Source: Candidatus Aenigmatarchaeota archaeon (GTDB lineage Archaea; Aenigmatarchaeota; Aenigmatarchaeia; CG10238-14; SpSt-28). Taken from it: 51,908 nt of DNA. The translations under genes were made by a program, and so were the position numbers. A model generated the notes under the pieces. It was not told the DNA's origin and did no database searches. It saw only the letters and a list, made by a program, of their open reading frames with translations. How positions within the stretch are numbered: the first letter of the stretch is position 1; every line of letters starts with the position of its first letter. Positions 1 through 8,640 of the stretch are shown one piece after another. The DNA is taken from assembly GCA_032249395.1 (NCBI GenBank), contig JAVVFY010000005.1, positions 1 through 51,908 on the forward strand. Direction: 5' to 3'.

Positions 1-435
1 GTATATGTAGGAAAGATGAAAGGAACAACAACAGCAGGTGGAACATACAAGACATATGCTCCATTAAGCCTACCAGTTGCTAAGTTAGCAAGTGAAGTAA
101 CAGCTGCAGACAAAACAAATGCAAACATTGTGCTAGTAGGAGGACCATGTGCTAACTCTCTAGTACAAGCATTGGTAGATGCAGGAAAGCTAGATGCCAG
201 CATGACATGTGCTGGTGGTAATCCAGGTCCAGCTTGGACTCCAGGAGCAGCTTATGTTAAAGTAGTTGAAGATGCATTTGCAACAGGGAGAATTGCTCTA
301 GTAGTTGCAGGTACAAATGCAGCTGATACAAGATTGGCAACAAGCTTGCTATCTCAAGGAAAGCTTGCTGATCAAACAGCAAGCGGCGTTAAAGTCAGCG
401 GAACTGTAACAGCTCCAGTAGTAACTCCAATGTAA
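1..435 (+). CDS. S-layer protein, C-terminal part (5'-partial)
   Basis: Frame is open from position 1. NIVLVGGPCAN and LVVAGTNAADTR match the archaeal S_layer_C motifs. The sequence is Ala/Thr/Val-rich. Confidence 0.85.
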   Translation, partial: VYVGKMKGTTTAGGTYKTYAPLSLPVAKLASEVTAADKTNANIVLVGGPCANSLVQALVDAGKLDASMTCAGGNPGPAWTPGAAYVKVVEDAFATGRIALVVAGTNAADTRLATSLLSQGKLADQTASGVKVSGTVTAPVVTPM

Positions 436-443
436 ACGCTTAA

Positions 444-480
444 CTTTCTTTCCTCCTTTCTTTCCTTTTTTAATTTTTTG
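444..480 (+). terminator. Pyrimidine/oligo-T archaeal terminator after S-layer gene
   Basis: ctttctttcctcctttctttccttttttaatttttt directly after TAA. Confidence 0.6.
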
Positions 481-736
481 AAAAATCCTTAACAAAAACT
501 GATAATTTAATTTCAAAGCGATTTCTCAAAACAAAATATACATTCTATAGCTGGATAGTTCTCTAAAAATTTATCTATAGCTAAAATGTTGTAAGCAAAT
601 TATCATACTTTCAATACAATAGAAACAACAATTTGCACATAAGTTATTCTAAAATTTCAGTTACGACAGGCAGAAAAATATGATATTAGAATAATTTTAT
701 CTCTAGCCAAAGCCAAACATCTAATGAACTTTTAAA

Positions 737-758
737 TTTATGTCACATGTGACATAAA
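737..758. repeat. Perfect 22-bp palindrome TTTATGTCACATGTGACATAAA
   Basis: Read directly. A degenerate copy (AAATTTATGTTATATGATACAC) starts at 766. Confidence 0.8.
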
Positions 759-850
759 ATTGTTCAAATTTATGTTATATGATACACAGAATAGAATGAG
801 ATAAAGCTTTAGTTTGAATATAAAAGCTTGAGAATATTGTGGCTGAAAAC

Positions 851-875
851 CACAAACTTTTTAAAAAAGTTTGTG
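851..875. repeat. Inverted repeat CACAAACTTTTT-A-AAAAAGTTTGTG
   Basis: 12-bp arms read directly; lies downstream of the minus-strand gene ending at 920. Confidence 0.7.
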
Positions 876-919
876 AATATGGCTTTACACTGAAACAAAC
901 AAAGAACGTTTTGTCTAAT

Positions 920-1096
920 TCAAAATCCAAAAGCTTTCTCTAGTTTTTTATAATCTCTCCAAAACTTCCTATATTTCTTTGGATTATTCTTCTTCCAATA
1001 TTCAAGAGTTTTCCAGAATTTATCAGCCGCTCTATCCCAAGCTTCCTCTATTCTTTTTCTTTCTTCCTCACTCACTTCTTTCTTCCTCTCGCTCAT
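920..1096 (-). CDS. Small charged protein, possible antitoxin partner of the adjacent PIN gene
   Basis: MSERKKEVSEEERKRIEEAW... lies just downstream of the PIN gene. The start at 1096 is inferred. Confidence 0.45.
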   Translation of the reverse strand: MSERKKEVSEEERKRIEEAWDRAADKFWKTLEYWKKNNPKKYRKFWRDYKKLEKAFGF

Positions 1097-1131
1097 ACAA
1101 TCATTCCCCCAATGATAATTTAAATAATCCT

Positions 1132-1602
1132 TCATTCATAATATCTTCTCAGCGTGTTGTAACTCCAAATTTTATTGTAAAACTTTCTGCATTTTTCTAT
1201 AATCTCTTTATCGCCAGTAACAAAAATTAAATTGTTCTTCTTTGCTATTGCCAAATGCTCAAGGTTGGTCACTCTTCTTTTAATTGGTAACTTAACAACA
1301 ATGTTAACGATTTCCTCATAAATCTCTTCTAATGGTTGTGAAACCGACGTATACAATGGAGAGATATCTAGAATAAACCCTTTCCACATATTTATTATTT
1401 AATCTTCTTCTAACCCAAACTCACTTCTTAACTTTCTCATTATTTCTGCTTTCCTCAGAATAGAAACAGCATAACTCATCTTTTTAGAAGAATGAATAAG
1501 AAAGTTAGCAACCTTTGCTTCTATTTGTTTTCCTTTCTTTTCTGCAAACTTTTTAAGAAAATAGCTGAAAATGATGTTTGTGTCCAGGTAAAATCTTTCC
1601 AT
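1132..1602 (-). pseudogene. PIN-domain (VapC-like) nuclease split by one in-frame TAA
   Basis: FYLDTNI at the N-terminus and HLAIAKKNNLIFVTGD at the C-terminus. The two ORFs are in frame: GAA GAT TAA ATA ATA AAT ATG. Confidence 0.8.
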
Positions 1603-1768
1603 TTAAAAACATTGGTTTTCGGCAGAGAGATGAGTTGCTATAAGAAACTTATAGAAAACTTATTGTTTACTTCTAAGCTTTCCATGAATAATTCTAGTAG
1701 CTATAATGAAATTTTTATGTATCCTTTTACTATATCGATCTTTATATTTTTACTTCGAGAAACCAAAA

Positions 1769-1789
1769 TTTAAATATAACATGTTATAT
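1769..1789 (+). promoter_or_regulatory. TATA box plus palindromic operator ATATAACATGTTATAT upstream of sufC
   Basis: TTTAAATA overlaps a 16-bp palindrome 5 nt before the ATG; the same motif precedes sufS. Confidence 0.6.
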
Positions 1790-1794
1790 ATTTT

Positions 1795-2484
1795 ATGATT
1801 CTCAAAGTAGAAAACTTGAGTGTTTGGAAAGGAGAAAAGAAGATTTTGGATAATGTTAATCTTTTAGCAAAAAGCGGAAATATTGTAGCTATACTTGGTC
1901 CTAATGGCTCTGGCAAAACAACATTGTTTAGAGCGATAATTAACGATCCGGATTTGAAAAAAGAAGGGAAAATTTACTTAGATGAAGAAGATATAACAGA
2001 TAAGCCTACAGAAGAAATTGCGAAGAAAATATACATGGTTTTTGATTCTCCACCTCAATTCGAATACATAAACACAAGAGTATTGCTCAAAAACGTTTTG
2101 AGCGAATATGATGAGGAAAAAGTTTATAAATTAATGGAATTGTTAAAGTTGCCTAAAGATTTGTTGGAAAGGGGAGTTAACTATAAGCTATCAGCTGGAG
2201 AAAAGAAAAAGTTTGAAATTTTGTTAATGTTGCTAAAAGACCCAAATGTAATTTTGCTCGATGAAGTAGATTCAGGTTTAGATTCAGATTCTATACTGCT
2301 AGTTAGAGATATTTTAAAAAAAGAAAGAGAGAAAGGTAAATTGATATTAGCTATAACGCATGTGGCAAAAATATTCCAAGGTTTGTATCCAGATGAAGTA
2401 TACGTTATGAAAAATGGTAAGGCTATTCATGCTGACATAAATACACTAAAAGAGGTGATAGAACATGGCTACGGAAATATCTAA
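1795..2484 (+). CDS. sufC: Fe-S assembly ABC ATPase SufC
   Basis: GPNGSGKT Walker A, LSAGEKKK signature, LLDEVDSGLD; overlaps sufB. Confidence 0.9.
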   Translation: MILKVENLSVWKGEKKILDNVNLLAKSGNIVAILGPNGSGKTTLFRAIINDPDLKKEGKIYLDEEDITDKPTEEIAKKIYMVFDSPPQFEYINTRVLLKNVLSEYDEEKVYKLMELLKLPKDLLERGVNYKLSAGEKKKFEILLMLLKDPNVILLDEVDSGLDSDSILLVRDILKKEREKGKLILAITHVAKIFQGLYPDEVYVMKNGKAIHADINTLKEVIEHGYGNI

Positions 2485-5020
2485 AGTTTTTGAAGATATA
2501 GAAGTTTGGAAAAACAGACAGTGGTTCGAATCTAAGTATATTCCTCAAGTATTATTAAAAGGGAAGCTTAGCGAGGAAGTAATTAGAAAGATTTCTGAGA
2601 TTAAAAACGAACCTGAATGGATGTTAGGCACAAGATTGAAAGCAATGGAAGCTTTTAACAAAATTCCTTTGCCCGATTGGGGACCAGATTTAACAGAAAT
2701 AAACTTCGATGAAATAAGTTATTATACCTCTCCAGTATTATATCCAAAACCTTCTACTTGGGAAGCTTTGCCAGAGAGTTTTAAAGAAGTTTATAGAAAA
2801 CTTGGTTTAAGCAGAGAATACGTTGAGGAGTATTTAGGTGGGGCATTATTCCAACACGACTCAGCTCCAATATTTAGAGAAGTTAACAAGTACTTGGAAG
2901 AAAAAGGAGTTATATTTTTGTCTCTGGATGAGGCTGTTAGAGAATATCCAGAAATAGTTAAGAAACATTTTGGGAAAGCTGTTTCAATGTGGGAGAATAA
3001 GTTTGCTGCTTTGAATACAGCTGTTTGGTCTGGTGGAGTTTTCATTTATGTTCCAGAAAACACAAAAGTAGAAATTCCTTTGCATGCATACTTTAGAATA
3101 AACATGGATAAGACAGGTCAATTCGAAAGAACATTAATAGTTTGTGAGAAAAATTCTGAAGTTACTTATGTGGAAGGATGCTTTACTAAAGGAACTTTAA
3201 TATCAACAAATCCTGATTTTAAGCCAATAGAAGAAATAAAGCCTGGAGACAAAGTATTAACTCACAAAGGAGAATATAAACAAGTTTATTTTACTCAAGT
3301 AAGAGAGTATAGTGGAAATTTGTATAAAATAAAGGTTTATGGTAGCCCTAACGAAGAGCTCGAAGTTACCGAGGAACATCCGTTTTTATGTGTTAGACGA
3401 ACTAGAAAAGATGAAAGAAATAAAAAATGGAAGTTAGAGTGGGTTAGAGCTAAAGACCTTAGAGAGGGAGACTATTTAGTTACACCAATAAACAAAATTG
3501 TTGAGAATAAGGATAGTTATGAAATTGAAATAACTGTAAATAAGAAAAGGATTAAAAGAAAAGTCCCTTTGACAAAAGAATTTTTCAGACTAGTTGGTTA
3601 TTATCTTGCTGAAGGAAGCATTAGTAAGAAATCTTATCTTCGTTTCTCTTTTGGATTGCACGAGGAACATTTGGTTGAAGATGTTAAACAACTTCTTCGA
3701 AAATGTTTTGGAGTAAATAAGTTTTATGAGTTCGTTCATAAGAAATATAAAGGTGTAGATGTAGTTGTAGCATCATCAGAACTATGCAGAATTTTTGAGA
3801 TTTTTGGAACTAGTAGCGAAAGCAAAAAGATACCGCATTGGATGATGTTAGAAAATCCAGAAAAGCAAAAAGAATTAATAATTGGATTGTTCAGAGGAGA
3901 TGGCAACTATTATAAAAAGAGGGTAAAGAATGGATGGCTGAAAGAGATTTTTAGAATAAATACTACTTCATTTATATTAGCTAAACAAGTTCGGGAAATC
4001 CTTCTAAGGTTAGGTATAGCTAGCTTTATTAATGTCAGAGATAGAAGGAAAGAGAAAAGAAAGATAATGTATACTATTGGCATAGGTGGCGAGTTTTTGA
4101 AACCTTTTGGAGATTTGGTAGGAATTAAAGTAGAAGAAAAAATTAATGGAAAGAAAAGAGCAAGCATGTTTTATGTAGATAAGGATTATCTATATGCGCC
4201 AATAAGAAAAATAAGCAAGAGATTCGTTAATAATATAAAGGTTTATAATTTTGGTGTTTTAGAAGATGAAAGTTATGTAGCAAACGGATTTGCGGTCCAT
4301 AATTGTACAGCACCTATTTACTCTTTAGGTTCTTTACATGCTGCTGTTGTTGAAGCTTTTGTTGGTAAGAATGCGAAATTAACTTATGTAACTCTGCAAA
4401 ACTGGTCTAAGAATGTTTATAATTTAGTTACCAAAAGAGCTATTGGCGAAGAAGATTCTCAGATAAATTGGATATCTTTAGAAATGGGAAGCAAGAAAAC
4501 AATGCTTTATCCTTCATTAATTCTTAAAGACAGAGCTAAAGGTAAGATTTACACTGTATCTATTCCATCTGACGGTCAAATTATTGATAGTGGTGGAAGG
4601 CTTTTCATGTTAGGGAAAGATTCTAAAGCAGAAATTGTTAGCAAAGGGATTTCAATAGGTCTAAGAGAATTTTCAAAAGCAGTCAATAGAACTGATGTTA
4701 GGATTTTTGAAGGAGCAAAAAATGCTAATGTTAAAAGTAGTTGCGAGGCCTTAATCATTGGGAAAGGATTTTCCGAATCTATTCCAAGATTCATAATAGA
4801 AGAAAAAGACGCTCATTATAACCATGAAGCCAAAATGGATATAATAGACAAGGAAAGGTTACTTTACTTGAAGAGCAAGGGAATTAACGAAAAAGATGCA
4901 ATAAAAATGTTAGTTTTTGGTTTTCTTGCAGATATAGAAAAAGAAGTTCCAAGCTTTTTCATGTTAGAAATAAGGAAGCTTCTTGATATAGAGCTAGAAG
5001 AGTATGGAGGATTTGGTTAA
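2465..5020 (+). CDS. sufB: Fe-S assembly protein SufB containing an intein
   Basis: KFAALNTAVWSGG, GQFERTLI, EG|C...HN|CTAP, LHAAVVE, QNWSKNVYNLVTKRA. Confidence 0.95.
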   Translation: MATEISKVFEDIEVWKNRQWFESKYIPQVLLKGKLSEEVIRKISEIKNEPEWMLGTRLKAMEAFNKIPLPDWGPDLTEINFDEISYYTSPVLYPKPSTWEALPESFKEVYRKLGLSREYVEEYLGGALFQHDSAPIFREVNKYLEEKGVIFLSLDEAVREYPEIVKKHFGKAVSMWENKFAALNTAVWSGGVFIYVPENTKVEIPLHAYFRINMDKTGQFERTLIVCEKNSEVTYVEGCFTKGTLISTNPDFKPIEEIKPGDKVLTHKGEYKQVYFTQVREYSGNLYKIKVYGSPNEELEVTEEHPFLCVRRTRKDERNKKWKLEWVRAKDLREGDYLVTPINKIVENKDSYEIEITVNKKRIKRKVPLTKEFFRLVGYYLAEGSISKKSYLRFSFGLHEEHLVEDVKQLLRKCFGVNKFYEFVHKKYKGVDVVVASSELCRIFEIFGTSSESKKIPHWMMLENPEKQKELIIGLFRGDGNYYKKRVKNGWLKEIFRINTTSFILAKQVREILLRLGIASFINVRDRRKEKRKIMYTIGIGGEFLKPFGDLVGIKVEEKINGKKRASMFYVDKDYLYAPIRKISKRFVNNIKVYNFGVLEDESYVANGFAVHNCTAPIYSLGSLHAAVVEAFVGKNAKLTYVTLQNWSKNVYNLVTKRAIGEEDSQINWISLEMGSKKTMLYPSLILKDRAKGKIYTVSIPSDGQIIDSGGRLFMLGKDSKAEIVSKGISIGLREFSKAVNRTDVRIFEGAKNANVKSSCEALIIGKGFSESIPRFIIEEKDAHYNHEAKMDIIDKERLLYLKSKGINEKDAIKMLVFGFLADIEKEVPSFFMLEIRKLLDIELEEYGGFG
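3179..4303 (+). mobile_element. 375-aa intein with LAGLIDADG homing endonuclease in SufB
   Basis: Starts CFTKGT; block B VTEEHPF; LAGLIDADG motifs GYYLAEGS and IGLFRGDG; ends AVHN before extein Cys. Confidence 0.93.
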
Positions 5021-5624
5021 GTTATTCAAGAGATATTACAAAGAGGATTTTGAGAAGTTGCAGAGAGATTTTCGTAGCATTGAAGCTAAAGATAGTTATA
5101 CTGAAAAAATAGAAAAAGAAGGGATTTTTATAAGAGAAATAAAGGCTAGCAAAGGATCAAATATAAACATAATTGTAAAAGTTGATGAAAACAAAATAGC
5201 TGTTATAGTTTTAAGGGTTTTTATTCCAGAAAATTCAACGGTAAACGTTAATGTTATAGGCAAATCTGAAGGGGAGCTGTACTTTTATTCTGAAGCTATA
5301 CATGAGAAAAAATCAGTTTCTTATTTATCTGAAAGGTTTATCATTGTTGGAAAAATGGTAAACATATCAAAAATTATTATTCCTGAAGCTTCTGAATATT
5401 CAGAGGGAAATTTAGAGCAAATAATAATAAACAAGGAAGGTTCTAATGTAGTAACTATACCTATATTAGACGTCAGGAATAACACATCAAAAGGTATGCA
5501 CGCTTCTAAGAATATTAAACTAAGCGAAGAAGAGATATTCTATTTGAAGCATTTTGGAATTCAAGGTGATAAGATATTTAATTTGATTGAAGAGAGTATG
5601 TTTCCTGAATTGTTTGCAATCTAG
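5004..5624 (+). CDS. sufD: Short SufD-like beta-helix protein
   Basis: Follows sufB; VTIPILDV...GMHAS...EEEIFYLKHFGI resembles the SufB/D C-terminus. Confidence 0.7.
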   Translation: MEDLVKLFKRYYKEDFEKLQRDFRSIEAKDSYTEKIEKEGIFIREIKASKGSNINIIVKVDENKIAVIVLRVFIPENSTVNVNVIGKSEGELYFYSEAIHEKKSVSYLSERFIIVGKMVNISKIIIPEASEYSEGNLEQIIINKEGSNVVTIPILDVRNNTSKGMHASKNIKLSEEEIFYLKHFGIQGDKIFNLIEESMFPELFAI

Positions 5625-6856
5625 TGCTGTTTTAAAATATTTTCTATTTCTTCGAAAAATCTCTCAATTTCTTCTTTTGTGTTGTAAACATATAGGCTTG
5701 CTCTTACAGTACCGCCTTTCTCAAAAATTTTCAAGTATTTCATTAAAGGATGCGCGCAATGATAACCAGACCTAACGGCAATGTTTTTTAAATCTAAAGC
5801 TTTTGCTACAAAGTGGGGATGTAAATCTTTGAAAAAGAGCGAAAAAACGGCTCCTCTATTTTTAGTATCGTTAGGACCAATAAGCTCTATTTTATCATCA
5901 AACTTATCTCTAGTTTCATTAAATCTTTTCAAGAAAAATTCAATCAAACTTCTTTCATAAGTTTCGACATTCTCCATTCCTAGGTTTTTCAAATATTCTA
6001 TAGCTTCCATAAAAGCTATTCCATCGCATATGTTAGGAGTGCCTGCTTCAAACTTCCATGGCAATTCATTCCAGTATGCTTCGTTAAAATCGACATCGCT
6101 TATCATATCCCCTCCATACAAGAAAGGATCCATTTTTTCTAACACTTCTTTTTTGCCATATAAGACACCAATCCCAGATGGACCTAACATTTTATGAGCA
6201 CTAAAAGCTAGAAAATCTGCATCTATTTTTCTAACATCAGTTTTCATATGGGGGACACTTTGTGCACCATCAACAACTACTATAGCTCCTTTCTCATGAG
6301 CAATTTTTATTATTTCTTCAACTTCATTAATTGTGCCTAAAACGTTAGACATGTTAGTAATAGCTACTATTTTTGTCTTTTCATCAATCTTCTTTTCAAC
6401 TTCGTTCAAATCCAATCTGTAATCTTTTGTTAATCCAATATATTCTAAAGTGGCTCCAGTTTTTTTAGACACGAATTGCCAAGGTACCAAATTGGAATGG
6501 TGCTCCATGACAGATAAGACTATCTTGTCGCCTTTCTTCAAGTTATTCAAAGCAAAAGAATAAGCTATCAGGTTAATTGCTTCTGTTGTATTTTTAGTAA
6601 ATATTATTTCACTCCACTCTTTTGCATTTATGAAATTAGCTACAATCTTATGAGAATCTTCATACATTTCTGAAGATTTTATACTTAAGTTGTAAACCCC
6701 TCTATGGATGTTTGAATAATATTTTTCATAAACTTCCTTAATTTTTTCTATAACTTGTTTTGGTTTTTGAGTGGAAGCAGCATTGTCGAAGTATATTAAA
6801 TTTGGATTATTTTTGAAAATTGGAAAATCGTCTCTTATTTTTTTTATGTCTATCAT
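5621..6856 (-). CDS. sufS: Cysteine desulfurase SufS
   Basis: IYFDNAASTQKP, SAHKMLGPSGIG (PLP lysine), VRSGYHCAHP. Start taken at MIDIKK. Confidence 0.95.
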   Translation of the reverse strand: MIDIKKIRDDFPIFKNNPNLIYFDNAASTQKPKQVIEKIKEVYEKYYSNIHRGVYNLSIKSSEMYEDSHKIVANFINAKEWSEIIFTKNTTEAINLIAYSFALNNLKKGDKIVLSVMEHHSNLVPWQFVSKKTGATLEYIGLTKDYRLDLNEVEKKIDEKTKIVAITNMSNVLGTINEVEEIIKIAHEKGAIVVVDGAQSVPHMKTDVRKIDADFLAFSAHKMLGPSGIGVLYGKKEVLEKMDPFLYGGDMISDVDFNEAYWNELPWKFEAGTPNICDGIAFMEAIEYLKNLGMENVETYERSLIEFFLKRFNETRDKFDDKIELIGPNDTKNRGAVFSLFFKDLHPHFVAKALDLKNIAVRSGYHCAHPLMKYLKIFEKGGTVRASLYVYNTKEEIERFFEEIENILKQH

Positions 6857-6864
6857 GAAACAAT

Positions 6865-6882
6865 ATGACATGTTATTTTAAA
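6865..6882 (-). promoter_or_regulatory. TATA box plus ATAACATGTCAT operator upstream of sufS
   Basis: Minus strand reads TTTAAAATAACATGTCATATTGTTTCATG, mirroring the sufC upstream region. Confidence 0.6.
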
Positions 6883-6931
6883 TGCATTTATAAATGTGAA
6901 AAACATTTAATTTCCTCTTAGAAATCTTATT

Positions 6932-7183
6932 ATGGATTATAGAATAAATAAACTCTGCGGAAGAGACGACTATTCAGTCAAATTTAATGGAAAAATAGGT
7001 AGCGAAATTGCTAATAAAATTTTAGAAGTTTTGAAAGATTTTGAAGTCAAATCAAAGAGTAGCGACTCTATATGGCTTCAGAAAGGAGACAAAAGAATTT
7101 TTGTTTTTTTCTATGGTGAGATATTGTTCACGAACTTTACAAAAGATGAGGTAACATCAATAGTAAATTCTATAGTAGGATGA
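6932..7183 (+). CDS. Hypothetical protein
   Basis: 83-aa ORF with normal composition, divergent from sufS; contains LCGRD. Confidence 0.6.
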   Translation: MDYRINKLCGRDDYSVKFNGKIGSEIANKILEVLKDFEVKSKSSDSIWLQKGDKRIFVFFYGEILFTNFTKDEVTSIVNSIVG

Positions 7184-8530
7184 TTATTTTTCAATTTTTA
7201 AAATCTTTACATTTTTATACTCGAAAACTTTTTCAAATCCAAAATTTTCAAGTTGTAAGGCGTAAGGTGGCAGGGTTATTTCATTATTCACAACAACAAA
7301 CTTTACATTAAAATTCTCGACGACTTTCTGAAAATGATGTAAATCACCAGCGAATGGCAAAACATAAGCTTTAGTGAAATAATGTAAAACAGGATAATTC
7401 TCTCCGATAATAAAATCTCCTTCTTTAACAAAACTCTTCAAGAAATTTGCAGCTTTAATAATGCTGTCATCTTCTTGAATGTTTAAATAATTCCAGGAAA
7501 CATTTAACTCTAAAACAGAAACAATTAAAACAACAAGCAAGAAAAGTTTTTTATCTTTAATAGCATTCTTTAAGCTAATTGCTGAAGCCAAAAAGAAAAT
7601 TGGAAAATATGGAACAAGATATCTGAACTCTTTTCTTGCTAGAATAGAAAATGCTATGAAAATTAACAAGAATGTTAATAACAAAAGCTTATTTTCTTTT
7701 TTCCAATTTAACAAGAAGAAAATAGAAAAGAAAATTGGAAGGCCTAAAATGGGAAGCAAGTTAACAAAATAATAATAAAACGGATAGTGAAAGTATTTTT
7801 TTCCATAAACTTCCTTCAAAGAAACTATCAAAGCGCCTAAGAAATTTCCATATCTCAAATGGCTAAAAACAAACCAAGGCAACAATAAGATTAAAACAAC
7901 AATAGAAAACTCAAAAATCATTTTGAAATCTTTTTTCTTCAACCAAACAAAAAAGAAAGGAAATAGAATTAACAAATTCGGATATCTTGTGAGTAAAGAT
8001 AGAGCAACTGTTATTCCAAGTGGCAAGATAAACCTTCGATCTTTAAGAAGTTTTAGTAAGAACAAAAAAGAAAGTAAGAAGAGAAAAGATGATAAACTTT
8101 CTGTTAGTATCTTTGATGAAAAGAAGAGAAAATGGTGAGAAGATGCAACGAAAAGAGATGAGGCTAATCCAACATATTCATCTTTGAGTTTTTTACCAAC
8201 TATGTAGGTTAGAAAAGTAGTTAAAGCGGCAAATAGAGGAGAGAGAATTCTTTGAAGGTTTTCACCAAACCAATAAAGGAAAGATAGCAAGAAAGGAAAA
8301 AAAGGTTGCCTGAAACTCTCATCAATTACCAAAGTGTAATTGTAAAATTCGAAAAGTCTCTCTGGATATGGATAATTCATTCCAAAATAAGCTCTAGTTG
8401 CCAAATTTCTTGCTAAGCTTAGATAAACTGCTTCATCCCACCAGTAAGTTTTTTGATTTAATGAAAAACTATACGTAAGAAAAAACACAAATAGCGAGAC
8501 AATTAATGCTATTACTAAGCCCCTTTCCAT
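7184..8530 (-). CDS. GT-C membrane glycosyltransferase (GT39/ArnT/PMT-like)
   Basis: WWDEAVY motif after the first TM, many TM helices, KEFRYLVP. Confidence 0.85.
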   Translation of the reverse strand: MERGLVIALIVSLFVFFLTYSFSLNQKTYWWDEAVYLSLARNLATRAYFGMNYPYPERLFEFYNYTLVIDESFRQPFFPFLLSFLYWFGENLQRILSPLFAALTTFLTYIVGKKLKDEYVGLASSLFVASSHHFLFFSSKILTESLSSFLFLLSFLFLLKLLKDRRFILPLGITVALSLLTRYPNLLILFPFFFVWLKKKDFKMIFEFSIVVLILLLPWFVFSHLRYGNFLGALIVSLKEVYGKKYFHYPFYYYFVNLLPILGLPIFFSIFFLLNWKKENKLLLLTFLLIFIAFSILARKEFRYLVPYFPIFFLASAISLKNAIKDKKLFLLVVLIVSVLELNVSWNYLNIQEDDSIIKAANFLKSFVKEGDFIIGENYPVLHYFTKAYVLPFAGDLHHFQKVVENFNVKFVVVNNEITLPPYALQLENFGFEKVFEYKNVKILKIEK

Positions 8531-8640
8531 TAAACCTATTTTGAAATCAAAAATTAAGAGTTAAGATTTTGTGCGGAGATAAAGTGTTGATATTCTAAAT
8601 ATCAAGAGGTATTTAAATACTTGATATTCCAAATATCAAC

